Of a stretch of DNA of 64,000 bases, positions 47,727 through 56,905 are shown one piece after another. This stretch comes from an uncultured Acidobacteriota bacterium. GTDB taxonomy: Bacteria > Acidobacteriota > JAAYUB01. The stretch spans positions 21,526 through 85,525 of the forward strand of contig CAYTBK010000001.1 of assembly GCA_964436005.1 (NCBI GenBank), written 5' to 3'. Below the pieces are notes generated by a model. The model was not told the origin of the DNA and made no database searches. It worked only from the letters and a program-made list of their open reading frames with translations. Positions within the stretch are counted from its first letter, which is position 1, and each line of letters opens with the position of its first letter. The translations under genes were made by a program, and so were the position numbers.

Positions 47727-47840
47727 ATGGGCAAAGGCGATTTGAGAACCCGCCGCGGCAAGATCTACCGGGGAACCAACGGCAAGACCCGTCCGACCAC
47801 CGAGAAGAAACCCGCCCCGCAGCCGAAGAAATCCAAGTAA
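47727..47840 (+). CDS. 30S ribosomal protein THX (bTHX)
   Basis: The 37-aa product MGKGDLRTRRGKIYRGTNGKTRPTTEKKPAPQPKKSK matches the Thx consensus (GKGD.RTRRGKI.RGT.GK.RP). The SD is AAGGAGAG. It was missed as a stand-alone ORF because it lies inside the tail of frame ORF 46260..47840. Confidence 0.7.
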   Translation: MGKGDLRTRRGKIYRGTNGKTRPTTEKKPAPQPKKSK

Positions 47841-47882
47841 CCCCCGCCGGACGCAATCCCGGACAAGGACTGGACCCGCTTC

Positions 47883-47935
47883 CCCCGCTTTCGCCAGGCG
47901 GCCGCTCGCTCGGCCGGCCGGGGGCGAAAGCGGGG
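47883..47935. terminator. large GC-rich stem-loop (13-bp arms CCCCGCTTTCGCC / GGCGAAAGCGGGG around a structured spacer) between convergent THX and TonB-receptor genes
   Basis: The inverted repeat was read directly. There is no U-run, so it may be a bidirectional terminator or an RNA-stability element. Confidence 0.45.
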
Positions 47936-47947
47936 AGGCCGTCTATA

Positions 47948-50149
47948 TCAATATTTCAGCATGACCGAAACCAGGAACTGCCGCCCCTCCTGCCGGTAGT
48001 CGAAGGGGAAGGCCATGTTCTTGATCAGGTAGCACTCCTTGTCGAACAGGTTCTTGATGTTGAGCCCCACCTCGAGATAGCTGGTGATCTCGTACTTCAC
48101 GTTGGCGTCCAGGGTGAACCAGCTGGCCACCGACCGGTTCCGGTACAGGTCGAGGTCCAGGGTGACGCCCACGCCGAGGGGCAGCGTCTGCACCCCCACC
48201 TCGCTGGCCCGCCGGTTGACCTCCCCCTGGACGTGGCCACTGACGCTCCCGGTAAAGTGGTGCTTCTTGAAGACCACCCCGAAGTTGACCTTGTGGGCGG
48301 GGTCCCAGGTCAGCTTGTCCTCGCTGGCGGCGATGGTCTCGTCGAGGATGGTCTCGTCGAGGCGCTTGGCATAGGAATAGTTGAAGAAGCCGGAGAGGGG
48401 ACCGTAGGAGAAGAGCAGCTCGGTCTCCAGCCCCATGGTGGTCAGGGTGTAGATGTTGCTGCTCAGGTTGTAGTTCTGGGCGCTGTAGGCGATCAGGTTC
48501 TCGAACTTGGTGTGGAAGACGTTGAGCCGCCAGTTGAGCCGCTTGCTGATGATCCAGTCCATGGCCCCCTCGATGGTCGTGACGACCTCGGGCTGCAGCT
48601 GCTCGATGTTCGAGGCCAGGGTGTAGGTGTGGGCCCCGGCCAGTTCGGTGGGCGAAGGGGAGCGGAACGCCTTCCCGACCATGAATTTCACGGCGAAGTT
48701 CTCTTTGGGCAGGAAGACCACGGCCAGGCGCGGGCTGGCCTGCGAGAAGGTGCGGTGCTTCCGGGGCCGGTCCGGCTCGTAGACCAGCTCGTAGTCGAAC
48801 GAGTTGCGGTCGTAGCGCAGGCCGGCCGTCACCTTGAGGTGCTTGCCCAGCAGGTCGCCGGACGTGAACTGGGTGTAGAAGCCCAGGTTCGTCATGGGGT
48901 GCTTGTACAGGTAGTCCAGCCAGGGGGCCAGGGGGATGAAATGCCCGTCGGGGATGGGCGCCGCCCAGTTGTCGATGTCGACATTGGCGTTGTGCAGCCG
49001 GTCGCCGTTGTAGGTGAACCGGTCGCCCTCGAAGCCGAAGAGGATGTTGGCGTTCTTCGGCAGGTTGACGCCGACCTGGGCCCGCCAGAAGATGTCGTCG
49101 GTGTGCGTTTCCAGGTTCTCGGTCATCCCGGCCGGGTAGTACCCTCCGAAGGCGTTGTCCGGGTAGAAGCGGACGCACCAGTTCTCGTTGTGGCGCTGCC
49201 AGCGCACGAGGTACTCCTGCGTGAAGCGGCCGAGGTCCTTCGGCCGGTACTGGGCCGAGAGGATGGTCCGGCTCTCCTCCATGTCGCCGTCCCAGTCCGG
49301 GATCCACCAGAGCCAGCCGTGGGTCGTGTCGTACTGCCAGTGCTGCTGGTGGAACTGGACGGTCAGGCCCTTCAGCTTGTCCTCCCCCTCCACCTTGCCC
49401 CAGAAGTAGTAGTTCTTGCGGCGGTCCGACGTGGTGAACTTCGTCAGGTTGCCCAGGTCGTCCATCCGCCCCGAGCCGTCGTACGACAGGTAGCCGTTCC
49501 CGTCGGTCTCGTACATGTTGAACGCCATCACCCCCGACAGCCAGTTCCCCTTGCGGCCGATGAGGAAGTCGTAGATGCGGTTCCCGTTGTCCCCGATGCG
49601 GAAGCGGGCCTCCCCCAACTGGTCGACGTCCCCCGCCGACACACTGTTGATCTGGACGACCCCGCTCATGGCGTTGGACCCGTACAGGGCCGAGCCGGGG
49701 CCGCGGATGATCTCCAGGTTCCGGACGAAGGTCAGGGGGGTGATTTCCCAGGTGTACGCCGTGCCGTACTGGTTGTCGTTGACGGGTACCCCGTCCACCA
49801 GCAGGAGGATGTGGTTGTTGTTCCACCCCTCGGCGATCCCCCGGGAACTCACCGTCCGGCGGTCGTAGTCCATGCACGGCCCGAAGCCCGGCTGCCGGTA
49901 GAGGACCTCGTTGATGCTGTTCCAGCCGTAGTCGGAGATCTGCTCGCGCGTCACCAGGCTGATCACGCTCGGCGCCTCGATGGTGCGCGTCTCCAGCTTG
50001 GAGGCGCTCGTCACCTTGGTGTTCAGCAGTTCATCCAGATCGACATTCTGGATATCCTTGACCGTTTCTTCCTGCCCGAACAGAAAGAAACCTCCGGCTA
50101 GGCACAAAACGGCGACAAAAAACAGGTTGAATCTGGCAGTGTTCATCAT
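47948..50149 (-). CDS. TonB-dependent outer-membrane receptor
   Basis: The signal is MMNTARFNLFFVAVLCLAGGFFLFGQE. A plug domain and a long beta-barrel are present. The SD is AGGGAGG. Confidence 0.85.
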   Translation of the reverse strand: MMNTARFNLFFVAVLCLAGGFFLFGQEETVKDIQNVDLDELLNTKVTSASKLETRTIEAPSVISLVTREQISDYGWNSINEVLYRQPGFGPCMDYDRRTVSSRGIAEGWNNNHILLLVDGVPVNDNQYGTAYTWEITPLTFVRNLEIIRGPGSALYGSNAMSGVVQINSVSAGDVDQLGEARFRIGDNGNRIYDFLIGRKGNWLSGVMAFNMYETDGNGYLSYDGSGRMDDLGNLTKFTTSDRRKNYYFWGKVEGEDKLKGLTVQFHQQHWQYDTTHGWLWWIPDWDGDMEESRTILSAQYRPKDLGRFTQEYLVRWQRHNENWCVRFYPDNAFGGYYPAGMTENLETHTDDIFWRAQVGVNLPKNANILFGFEGDRFTYNGDRLHNANVDIDNWAAPIPDGHFIPLAPWLDYLYKHPMTNLGFYTQFTSGDLLGKHLKVTAGLRYDRNSFDYELVYEPDRPRKHRTFSQASPRLAVVFLPKENFAVKFMVGKAFRSPSPTELAGAHTYTLASNIEQLQPEVVTTIEGAMDWIISKRLNWRLNVFHTKFENLIAYSAQNYNLSSNIYTLTTMGLETELLFSYGPLSGFFNYSYAKRLDETILDETIAASEDKLTWDPAHKVNFGVVFKKHHFTGSVSGHVQGEVNRRASEVGVQTLPLGVGVTLDLDLYRNRSVASWFTLDANVKYEITSYLEVGLNIKNLFDKECYLIKNMAFPFDYRQEGRQFLVSVMLKY

Positions 50150-50263
50150 GTCCCTCCCTGACAGAATTCGTCCGGCCGGCATCGCATGCCACGACCATGA
50201 TTCTCGGCGACGGGATCAACCAGCCTGCTTCCGTTCCCGACGCCGGCCCGATCCGGGATTACA

Positions 50264-50277
50264 GTTTTGCAAAACTA
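50264..50277. promoter_or_regulatory. 14-bp perfect palindrome AGTTTTGCAAAACT in the 5' leader of the TonB-dependent receptor gene
   Basis: It lies about 35 nt downstream of the -10 and about 115 nt upstream of the start codon. It is a candidate repressor operator. Confidence 0.35.
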
Positions 50278-50312
50278 TTCAATTCTTTGCATATCAACGA
50301 AATGTGACTACA

Positions 50313-50318
50313 TTATAC
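50313..50318 (-). promoter_or_regulatory. perfect TATAAT -10 (minus strand) for the TonB-dependent receptor gene, with upstream TTGAAA
   Basis: The minus-sense sequence reads TTGAAAacgcttttccccggTATAAT. The spacer is a short 14 nt if TTGAAA is the -35. Confidence 0.4.
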
Positions 50319-50464
50319 CCCGGGGAAAAGCGTTTTCAACCAGGATGTACGCCTCACCGGGAAAATATTCTGCGTTTGAGGATTTGCCCGAAGACAACCC
50401 AGCCCCCGTTTTCCGGCTGTTCCGGAATCCGGGGGCCGTTGCGGCGGTCTGGAGCCGGCCGGGA

Positions 50465-51196
50465 TCAGGATTCGTTAGCGGGCGAACTCGGGCGGGAAGC
50501 GGGGCAGGCACGCCCCGGAGAGCAGAAAGAAGGGGGCTGGACGCCGATCTCCACGGCGACGGCCCGCGGGTCCGGGCAACTGCGCACGCCGGCCGGGAAG
50601 ACATCGTTCTTCCCGAACCCCCACGAACAGGCGACAAACTGCGTCCCGGCCTCCCGGGCCGCCTCCACGTCGAAGCAGCGGTCCCCGAAGTAGACGGCTT
50701 CCTCCGGACGGCAGGAGGACGAGGTCACCAGCATGGTCAGCAGGTCGGCCTTGTCCCCGTGCGGCATGTCGTCGTTGCAGCGGGCGTCGCTCATCCAGCG
50801 GTCCAACCCGAACCGCGAGAAGATGGCCTGCAGGTAGAGCCGGCCGCAGTTGCTGGCCACGACGCAGGGGATGCCCGCATTCCGCAACTGGTCCAGGAGG
50901 GGGAAAATCCCGTCGTAGATCCGGCCCTGACCCTCCAGGATCAGTTCCACCTCGCTCTCCTCCACCCAGACCTTGAGCAGGCCCCACTGCTCCGGCGTGA
51001 GGTCGTAGCCCAGGGCCTGGACGTACCGGCTGTTGGGCAGGCCGAGCAGGCCGAACACTTCCTCCGCATCGGGCCGCCGGAGCGACAGGCCGGGCGTCCG
51101 GGCCTCCAGGCGGGCCAGGGCCCGCCAGATGGCCGGCGCCACCAGGGCGGAGGAGTCGAAAACCGTCCCATCCAGGTCGAAAATCGCCAATTTCAC
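50465..51196 (-). CDS. HAD-superfamily hydrolase (phosphoglycolate-phosphatase-like)
   Basis: The start is GTG. Motif I is FDLDGTVFDS. The true C-terminus may be shorter than the ORF. Confidence 0.75.
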   Translation of the reverse strand: MKLAIFDLDGTVFDSSALVAPAIWRALARLEARTPGLSLRRPDAEEVFGLLGLPNSRYVQALGYDLTPEQWGLLKVWVEESEVELILEGQGRIYDGIFPLLDQLRNAGIPCVVASNCGRLYLQAIFSRFGLDRWMSDARCNDDMPHGDKADLLTMLVTSSSCRPEEAVYFGDRCFDVEAAREAGTQFVACSWGFGKNDVFPAGVRSCPDPRAVAVEIGVQPPSFCSPGRACPASRPSSPANES

Positions 51197-51257
51197 GATC
51201 GGAAACTCCAGGGTGCCGGCCGTTCGGCGCCGCCGCCGCCAGCCGGCCGGAAAGGAA

Positions 51258-52565
51258 TCAGGCCTTGCCCTTGCGGTTGCAGAAGGCCTGCTGGGCGGCC
51301 GTGTCGGCCTTCACCGCGCAGAAGTCGCCGCACATGGTGCAGACGTCGGCGGTCTTCGGCAGGCTCGACTGGCGGAAATTCTTGGCCAGGCCGGGGTCCA
51401 GGACGTGCCGGAACTGCCCTTCCCAATCCAGGTTTTTCCGGGCCTTCGACAGTTCGATGTCCGGGATCATGGCGCCGGGGAAGCCCTTGGCGATGTCGGC
51501 GGCGTGGGCCGCGATGCGCGAGGCCATCACGCCCGTCCGCACGTCGTCCAGCGTGGGAAGCCGGAGATGCTCGGCAGGGGTCACATAGCAGAGGAAGTCG
51601 GCGCCGTGCATGGCCGCCAAGGCCCCGCCGATGGCGCTGGTGATGTGGTCGTAGCCGGGGGCGATGTCCGTGACGAGCGGGCCGAGAACGTAGAACGGGG
51701 CCCCGTCGCACACGGACTTCTGAAGCTTGATGTTCTCCTCGATCTGGTGGAGCGGCACGTGCCCCGGCCCTTCGATCATGCACTGGACCCCGGCGGCCTT
51801 GGCCCGGCGGGCCAGGTCGCCGAGGATGAGCAGTTCCGAGAACTGCGCCCGGTCCGAGGCGTCGGCCAGGCAGCCGGGCCGGAACCCGTCGCCCAGCGAG
51901 AGGGTCATGTCGTACCGCCCGGCGATCTCCAGCAGGCGGTCGTAGTTCTCGAAGAGCGGGTTCTCGCGCTCGTTCCGCACCATCCACTCCACCAGGAGGG
52001 CCCCGCCGCGGCTGACCATCCCGAGGATGCGGCCCTGGTTGTGCATGGTCTCCACGACGGACATCGTCGCGCCGCAATGGACCGTGATGAAGTCCACGCC
52101 GTCCTGGCCGTGGTCCTCGATCACCTGGAACAGGTCGTCGGCCGTCATGGACAGGTGGGTGCCGTACTTTTCCCGGGAGCGAACCGCCGCCTCGTACATG
52201 GGGACGGTCCCGAGGGCGATGGACGAGTGCTCGATCATCCGGCGGCGGGTGCCCCGGATGTCGCTCCCGGTGGACAGGTCCATGACCGCGTCGGCGCCGT
52301 ATTCGATGCAGACGCGAAGCTTTTCGAGCTCCTCCGCCAGGTTGTCGTGATCGGGGGAAGTTCCGATGTTGGCGTTGATCTTCGTGCGCAGCCCTCTGCC
52401 GACGGCCAGGGGCCGCCCCAGGGAGCGGCCGGCATTCCGCGGGGCCACGACCGTGCCCGACTGGACTCCGTCCACAAGATGGCCCAGGGAAACGCCTTCC
52501 CGTTTCGCCAGATCCTCGAACCAGCCAGGGACGTCGCCCCGGCGAACTTCCTGCATAACGGTCAT
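51258..52565 (-). CDS. thiC: phosphomethylpyrimidine synthase ThiC
   Basis: It shows full-length ThiC similarity, including the C-terminal CxxCxxxxC radical-SAM-like cluster CTMCGDFC. The start is MTVMQEVRRGDV, with an AAGGAG Shine-Dalgarno. Confidence 0.9.
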   Translation of the reverse strand: MTVMQEVRRGDVPGWFEDLAKREGVSLGHLVDGVQSGTVVAPRNAGRSLGRPLAVGRGLRTKINANIGTSPDHDNLAEELEKLRVCIEYGADAVMDLSTGSDIRGTRRRMIEHSSIALGTVPMYEAAVRSREKYGTHLSMTADDLFQVIEDHGQDGVDFITVHCGATMSVVETMHNQGRILGMVSRGGALLVEWMVRNERENPLFENYDRLLEIAGRYDMTLSLGDGFRPGCLADASDRAQFSELLILGDLARRAKAAGVQCMIEGPGHVPLHQIEENIKLQKSVCDGAPFYVLGPLVTDIAPGYDHITSAIGGALAAMHGADFLCYVTPAEHLRLPTLDDVRTGVMASRIAAHAADIAKGFPGAMIPDIELSKARKNLDWEGQFRHVLDPGLAKNFRQSSLPKTADVCTMCGDFCAVKADTAAQQAFCNRKGKA

Positions 52566-53191
52566 GATCCTGCTCCTTTGCACAAATCCAGGATTTTATC
52601 CAGCTCGTCCTCGGCATGGAAAAACGTGATGCCCGCCAAGCCGGCAATCTGACAAGATAGCACGCTTTCCGCGTTGCGTGCATCAATTCCGCCAAGGGCG
52701 AACACGGGAACCGGGGACCGGGCCACCACGGCGCGGAGGCCGTCGAGCCCCAGCGTCTTGAAATCCCCCGCTTTGCAGCGCGGGGGGAAAACCGGGGAGG
52801 CCAGCACGTAATCCGCCCCGGAGGCCAGGGCGTGATCCAGTTCACGTTCGTCGTGGACCGACATGCCGATCAGGGAACCCGGCGGCAGCACGCCGCGCAG
52901 CTCGGCAGCCCCCCGGCCCATGGCGCCGAGATGAACCCCGTCGAAGCCCTCCGCAACCGCTCCGGGCGGGCCGGCATTCCACAGCAGGCGAAGTCCCTCT
53001 CCCGCCCCGCCGCCGAACAGGGCGGCCCGGGTCACGTCAAATGGCACTGCGAAAGGAGCTTTCCTCCGCAACTGAAACCAGGTGACGCCCCGCCGGGCCA
53101 AACGGGCGAAGCAGGGGAGGGGGCAACCCGCTCGGTCGGCCTCAGCCGATATGTGGTAGAGAACCGGGCCTGCCAATGCGAATCTGCCCAT
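52562..53191 (-). CDS. thiE: thiamine-phosphate synthase ThiE
   Basis: 209 aa of the TMP-TENI family (VHLG...GADYVLASPVF...GGI). Confidence 0.85.
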   Translation of the reverse strand: MGRFALAGPVLYHISAEADRAGCPLPCFARLARRGVTWFQLRRKAPFAVPFDVTRAALFGGGAGEGLRLLWNAGPPGAVAEGFDGVHLGAMGRGAAELRGVLPPGSLIGMSVHDERELDHALASGADYVLASPVFPPRCKAGDFKTLGLDGLRAVVARSPVPVFALGGIDARNAESVLSCQIAGLAGITFFHAEDELDKILDLCKGAGS

Positions 53192-53200
53192 GGCTGGCCC

Positions 53201-53494
53201 TTACTGACGGCGTCTTCCGGCCAGCAGGTACAGCGCGATGAGGATGTTCACGAGGCCCAGGCCGGTCACCGCACCCTTCAGGAAGGGATTGGCCATGACG
53301 GCGGCGACGCCCGTGTAACGCACGGCAAAGTAGTTGTTGTCCCAAATGCCTTGCCACACGGCGGACAGGAAGGGGACATGGATGTCCCAGGGCGCCATCG
53401 CCAGGAACAAACCCGCCAGCAGACCGAACGCGACGGTCACGATCTCGGCGGCCTCTCTCCACAGCAACGGGTGCTTGCTCCACCAGAAACTCAT
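53201..53494 (-). CDS. small hypothetical membrane protein (2-3 TM)
   Basis: 97 aa, hydrophobic. It is tightly packed between the TPR gene and thiE. Confidence 0.45.
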   Translation of the reverse strand: MSFWWSKHPLLWREAAEIVTVAFGLLAGLFLAMAPWDIHVPFLSAVWQGIWDNNYFAVRYTGVAAVMANPFLKGAVTGLGLVNILIALYLLAGRRRQ

Positions 53495-53500
53495 CGTGGA

Positions 53501-56500
53501 TCATCCCGCCTGGTTTTTGAGGTATTTCACTTTTTCCGCGACATCCCGGTAGCCGATGCTGATTTCCAGGATCTCGTTGCCCAGGTCCAGGGCCTTGCCC
53601 GCATCCCCCATCTTCTCGTACGCGTTCATCATGTCGTACTTCAGCGCCAGGTACTCGTGTTCCTGGTGGCCCGGGCTTTCCAGTCCGCGTTCGCACCACT
53701 TGATGGCCGACTTGTAGATGCCCTTCTCGAAGAAGCAGAGGCTGAGCATGTTGCAGGCCTGGATGAACGGGGAAGACCGGCTCTCGTCCTTCACCAGGTT
53801 GTAGGCTTTCTGGAATTCGCCGATGGCGTCGTCCGTCAGGCCCATCTCCTTGTAGGCGATGCCGAGGTTGTAATGCGTATCGAAATCCCCGTCCTCGTCC
53901 TCCCCGCTGGCCACGAAAATCTTGTTCGCTTCCTCCACCAGGTCGGCGAAGAGGCTCTGCATCCCCGCTCCGGCCTTCTGCGGACCGGCAGTGACGGCGC
54001 CCGGCAAGTCGGTCGACAGATCCGCCAGGTCGGCCCCGGGCTTCCCGCCTTCCATGTGCGGGCTGAAAATGTCGAAGTTGTCCTCGATTTCATCCGCCCC
54101 GATTCCAGCGAACATCCCCTCCGCCTCGGTCTCGCGTGCAGCCGACGCCCGCCCCTCGATGAAGGACAGGTCGGGGCTGAGCTTTCTCGCCTCGGCGCTG
54201 GGCAGGAGGATCTTCCCCTCTTCGGCGTACGGCTCCGGAGGGATGAAGTTGAACAAGTCGATGCTGACGTCGTCGGCGGAAATGTCCTGCATGAGAGCTT
54301 CATCGTCCAGATCGAGCGGCGCGGGTTCCTCCACCGGGGCCCGCGGCACGGCCGCCTTCGGGGGCGGGGCCACGGGGGAAGCGGGCCGGGTGACGGGCAG
54401 CGCCGGTTTCGGCTCCTGCAGGTCCTTCATGCCCAGAGCGCCCATGCGGGACAGCACTTCGGGGTGGTCGGGAAAAGACCGGTGCAGCTTTTTCAGTTCA
54501 TCGCGGGCGTTGTCCTGGAAACCGAGTTTCAGGTAGAAGTCCACTTCCTGCAGCCCGGTCTCCAGTTCCGGAACGAGCTGCGCGGAAGGAACCAGCGGCG
54601 CAGACGGTGGCTCCACCAGGCGTCCCCTTTCCTGGGCCCGGGGTTCCGGGCCGACGCCCAGCAGCGAAAGCAGGGAAGCGGCATCGGCGTCCTCCGAAAT
54701 CTCGCCCACCTGACGGGGGGGCGGGGAAGGTGCATTGCCGAACCCGAGCAAACTGGCATCCAGGCCGATGTCCTCCAGGGACTTGAGGGTCTGCTCCAGC
54801 CGGATGTTGATGTCGGTTTCCATCTGGGAATCCCGTTTTTTGGGCTTCACCGCCGGCGCTTCGTGCGGGATGCGGATCTCGGCCGGCTTTTCGGGAAAAG
54901 ACATGGGGGTGGTGACGGACGGTTCGGGGATCGGCGCTTCGAGGAGTTCGAACAGATCGGCTTCCGGTTCCTTCGAAGGTGCTTCCTGCCGTACGGCCCG
55001 GTTCTTCTCCGCGGCCTCCACCAGCATGGATGCATCGAAACCGTCGTCCTCCAGGGACTCCAGGACGATCTCTTCCTCTTCCGCGACCGCCCCTTCCTCC
55101 TTCGCGCCGGAAAGCTGGGAGATCGTGGCCCGCCCGGTGACCGCCGGGCCGGCTTTCCGCGGGGGAAGCTTGACCTCATCCGGCAGGTCTTCCATGCCGA
55201 GGATGTCGGAGAGGTCTTCGGACAGATCGGCGCCATCGTCCTCCAGGCCCATCCCGTGGAGGGCGCCGGTCGGCAGTTCCGCCTCCCCCCTTATCTCGAG
55301 CTTCCCCGTCAGCAGGCCGGTCGGCAGTTCCGACTCAAAACGGTTCGGATCGAGGTTCTTGCCCTCCTCGGCGCAAAACCCGGCCTTTTCGTGTTCGCCG
55401 TTCAAGGTGTAGGCGTTGACGAGTTCGAAGCAGACCGCCGCCGCCGCCTTGAGGTCCCCCTCCTCTTTCAGCAATTCCTTCAGCTTCTCGCGATACACGA
55501 CATCGCCAGGATCGGCCTGGATTTTCTCCTTGAGCTTGACTTTCGCCTTATCCCGAAGGCCGTAGCTCATCAGGAGCTCGATTTCGATGGCGGCGTCGGA
55601 TTCCTTCCGGCCGTCGAACGCCTGCCCGGAGGACAACTCGGCCGTATCCATCTGGAAAATGGACTGGCCCGGGATCTCGAAGCTCTCCTCCTCTTCCTGG
55701 GCTCCGAAAGGGGTGTACGGCTCGTCGGGGTACAGCTTCTGGAAGACTTGCCGGTGGTAGTTCTGGAACCTCTCGTTCTTCGGCTCGTACGTGAGCAGCG
55801 TCTCGAGCGTGGAGAGCGCCTTCATGTTCTCGTCCTTCTCCATGAGCGCCACGGACAGCATCTCCACCGTCACGATGTAGTTGTAGTTGTCTGAAACCTT
55901 GTGGTAGAAGTCGGCCAACCCTTCCAGAGCGGGGACGTGTTTCGGGAAAGACTTCAGGACCGACTGGTAGAAGGACTCGACTTTCCCGTTTTCCCTTTTC
56001 GAGAGGAGGTGGTTGGCCACCCGGGAAAAGACGCTCACCGCCAGGTCGGGGTCCTTCAGCCGGACGGCCGCATCGGCCAGGTCGCACATGAGACCGACTT
56101 TCGATTCGTCGGCGGCATACAGGACTTCGAAACAGCGAAGCGCGCCTTCGAGATTCTGCTCGAACAGACAGCTCTGCCCGAGCATCTCCCGCAGGGCGGC
56201 ATTGGACGGATCCTTGTGCAGGGCGCTCTCCAGCGCGTGTTTGAGGGCCCCGTATTCACGCAGCTCCATGGATATTTTAAACAGGAGCTTCAAGGCCGAG
56301 ATGCTGCCGGGATCGATCTCCAGGGCCTTGCCGATCGCGTCGTGGGCTTCGCGGAATTCCCCTTTCCGGCAGAGGATGGAAGCCGCCATCTGGAAAGAGT
56401 CGCGGGCGTTCTCACGCACGCCGATCTGGATGCTCAGGTTGGCCAGTTTCAGGTGAATGGCCGGGTCGTCGAGCGTCAGGTCGCCCAGCTTCTTGAACAC

Positions 56501-56905
56501 CTGATAGGCCTTGCTGAAATTCTGGGACTGCAGGTACGCCTTGCCGATCTCGGCGTAGTATTTTTTCGCATCGGACTGGAGACCCTCTTTCATGAAAAGG
56601 TCGGCCAGCACTTCCGTGTTCTCCATATTGCGCTGATCGCTCTTGACGATTTTCCGGTAAACGGCCAGGCCTTTTCCGTAAAAGGCTTCGTCGATGTATT
56701 TCTGGGCCGCGCGCTTGAAGTACTCCACGGCCGAAGAGGTTTTGCCCAGGGAAAGGTAGAGGTCGCCGACGGTGTTGAGAAGAGTCGGGTCGCGGGGGTC
56801 CTGCTCGAGGAGTTTCTCGTATTCCTTGACGGCCCGGTCGAGTTTGCCCGCGGCCACATAGCCTTGGGCGGTGCGCATGAGCTTTTCTCTATTGATTGCT
56901 GCCAT
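53501..56905 (-). CDS. large TPR-repeat protein (1134 aa) with long acidic/Pro-rich low-complexity central region
   Basis: TPR repeats are present at both ends (AVEYFKRAAQKY...; HYNLGIAYKEMGLTDDAIGEFQKA...). The middle roughly 500 aa are D/E/P-rich. Confidence 0.75.
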   Translation of the reverse strand: MAAINREKLMRTAQGYVAAGKLDRAVKEYEKLLEQDPRDPTLLNTVGDLYLSLGKTSSAVEYFKRAAQKYIDEAFYGKGLAVYRKIVKSDQRNMENTEVLADLFMKEGLQSDAKKYYAEIGKAYLQSQNFSKAYQVFKKLGDLTLDDPAIHLKLANLSIQIGVRENARDSFQMAASILCRKGEFREAHDAIGKALEIDPGSISALKLLFKISMELREYGALKHALESALHKDPSNAALREMLGQSCLFEQNLEGALRCFEVLYAADESKVGLMCDLADAAVRLKDPDLAVSVFSRVANHLLSKRENGKVESFYQSVLKSFPKHVPALEGLADFYHKVSDNYNYIVTVEMLSVALMEKDENMKALSTLETLLTYEPKNERFQNYHRQVFQKLYPDEPYTPFGAQEEEESFEIPGQSIFQMDTAELSSGQAFDGRKESDAAIEIELLMSYGLRDKAKVKLKEKIQADPGDVVYREKLKELLKEEGDLKAAAAVCFELVNAYTLNGEHEKAGFCAEEGKNLDPNRFESELPTGLLTGKLEIRGEAELPTGALHGMGLEDDGADLSEDLSDILGMEDLPDEVKLPPRKAGPAVTGRATISQLSGAKEEGAVAEEEEIVLESLEDDGFDASMLVEAAEKNRAVRQEAPSKEPEADLFELLEAPIPEPSVTTPMSFPEKPAEIRIPHEAPAVKPKKRDSQMETDINIRLEQTLKSLEDIGLDASLLGFGNAPSPPPRQVGEISEDADAASLLSLLGVGPEPRAQERGRLVEPPSAPLVPSAQLVPELETGLQEVDFYLKLGFQDNARDELKKLHRSFPDHPEVLSRMGALGMKDLQEPKPALPVTRPASPVAPPPKAAVPRAPVEEPAPLDLDDEALMQDISADDVSIDLFNFIPPEPYAEEGKILLPSAEARKLSPDLSFIEGRASAARETEAEGMFAGIGADEIEDNFDIFSPHMEGGKPGADLADLSTDLPGAVTAGPQKAGAGMQSLFADLVEEANKIFVASGEDEDGDFDTHYNLGIAYKEMGLTDDAIGEFQKAYNLVKDESRSSPFIQACNMLSLCFFEKGIYKSAIKWCERGLESPGHQEHEYLALKYDMMNAYEKMGDAGKALDLGNEILEISIGYRDVAEKVKYLKNQAG

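Noticed and set aside
53192-53500. Possible TPP riboswitch upstream of thiE/thiC
   Set aside because: I searched the reverse complement for the aptamer signatures (CUGAGA, ACCUGAUC, GCGUAGGGA) and found none. The space is occupied by a hydrophobic 97-aa ORF.
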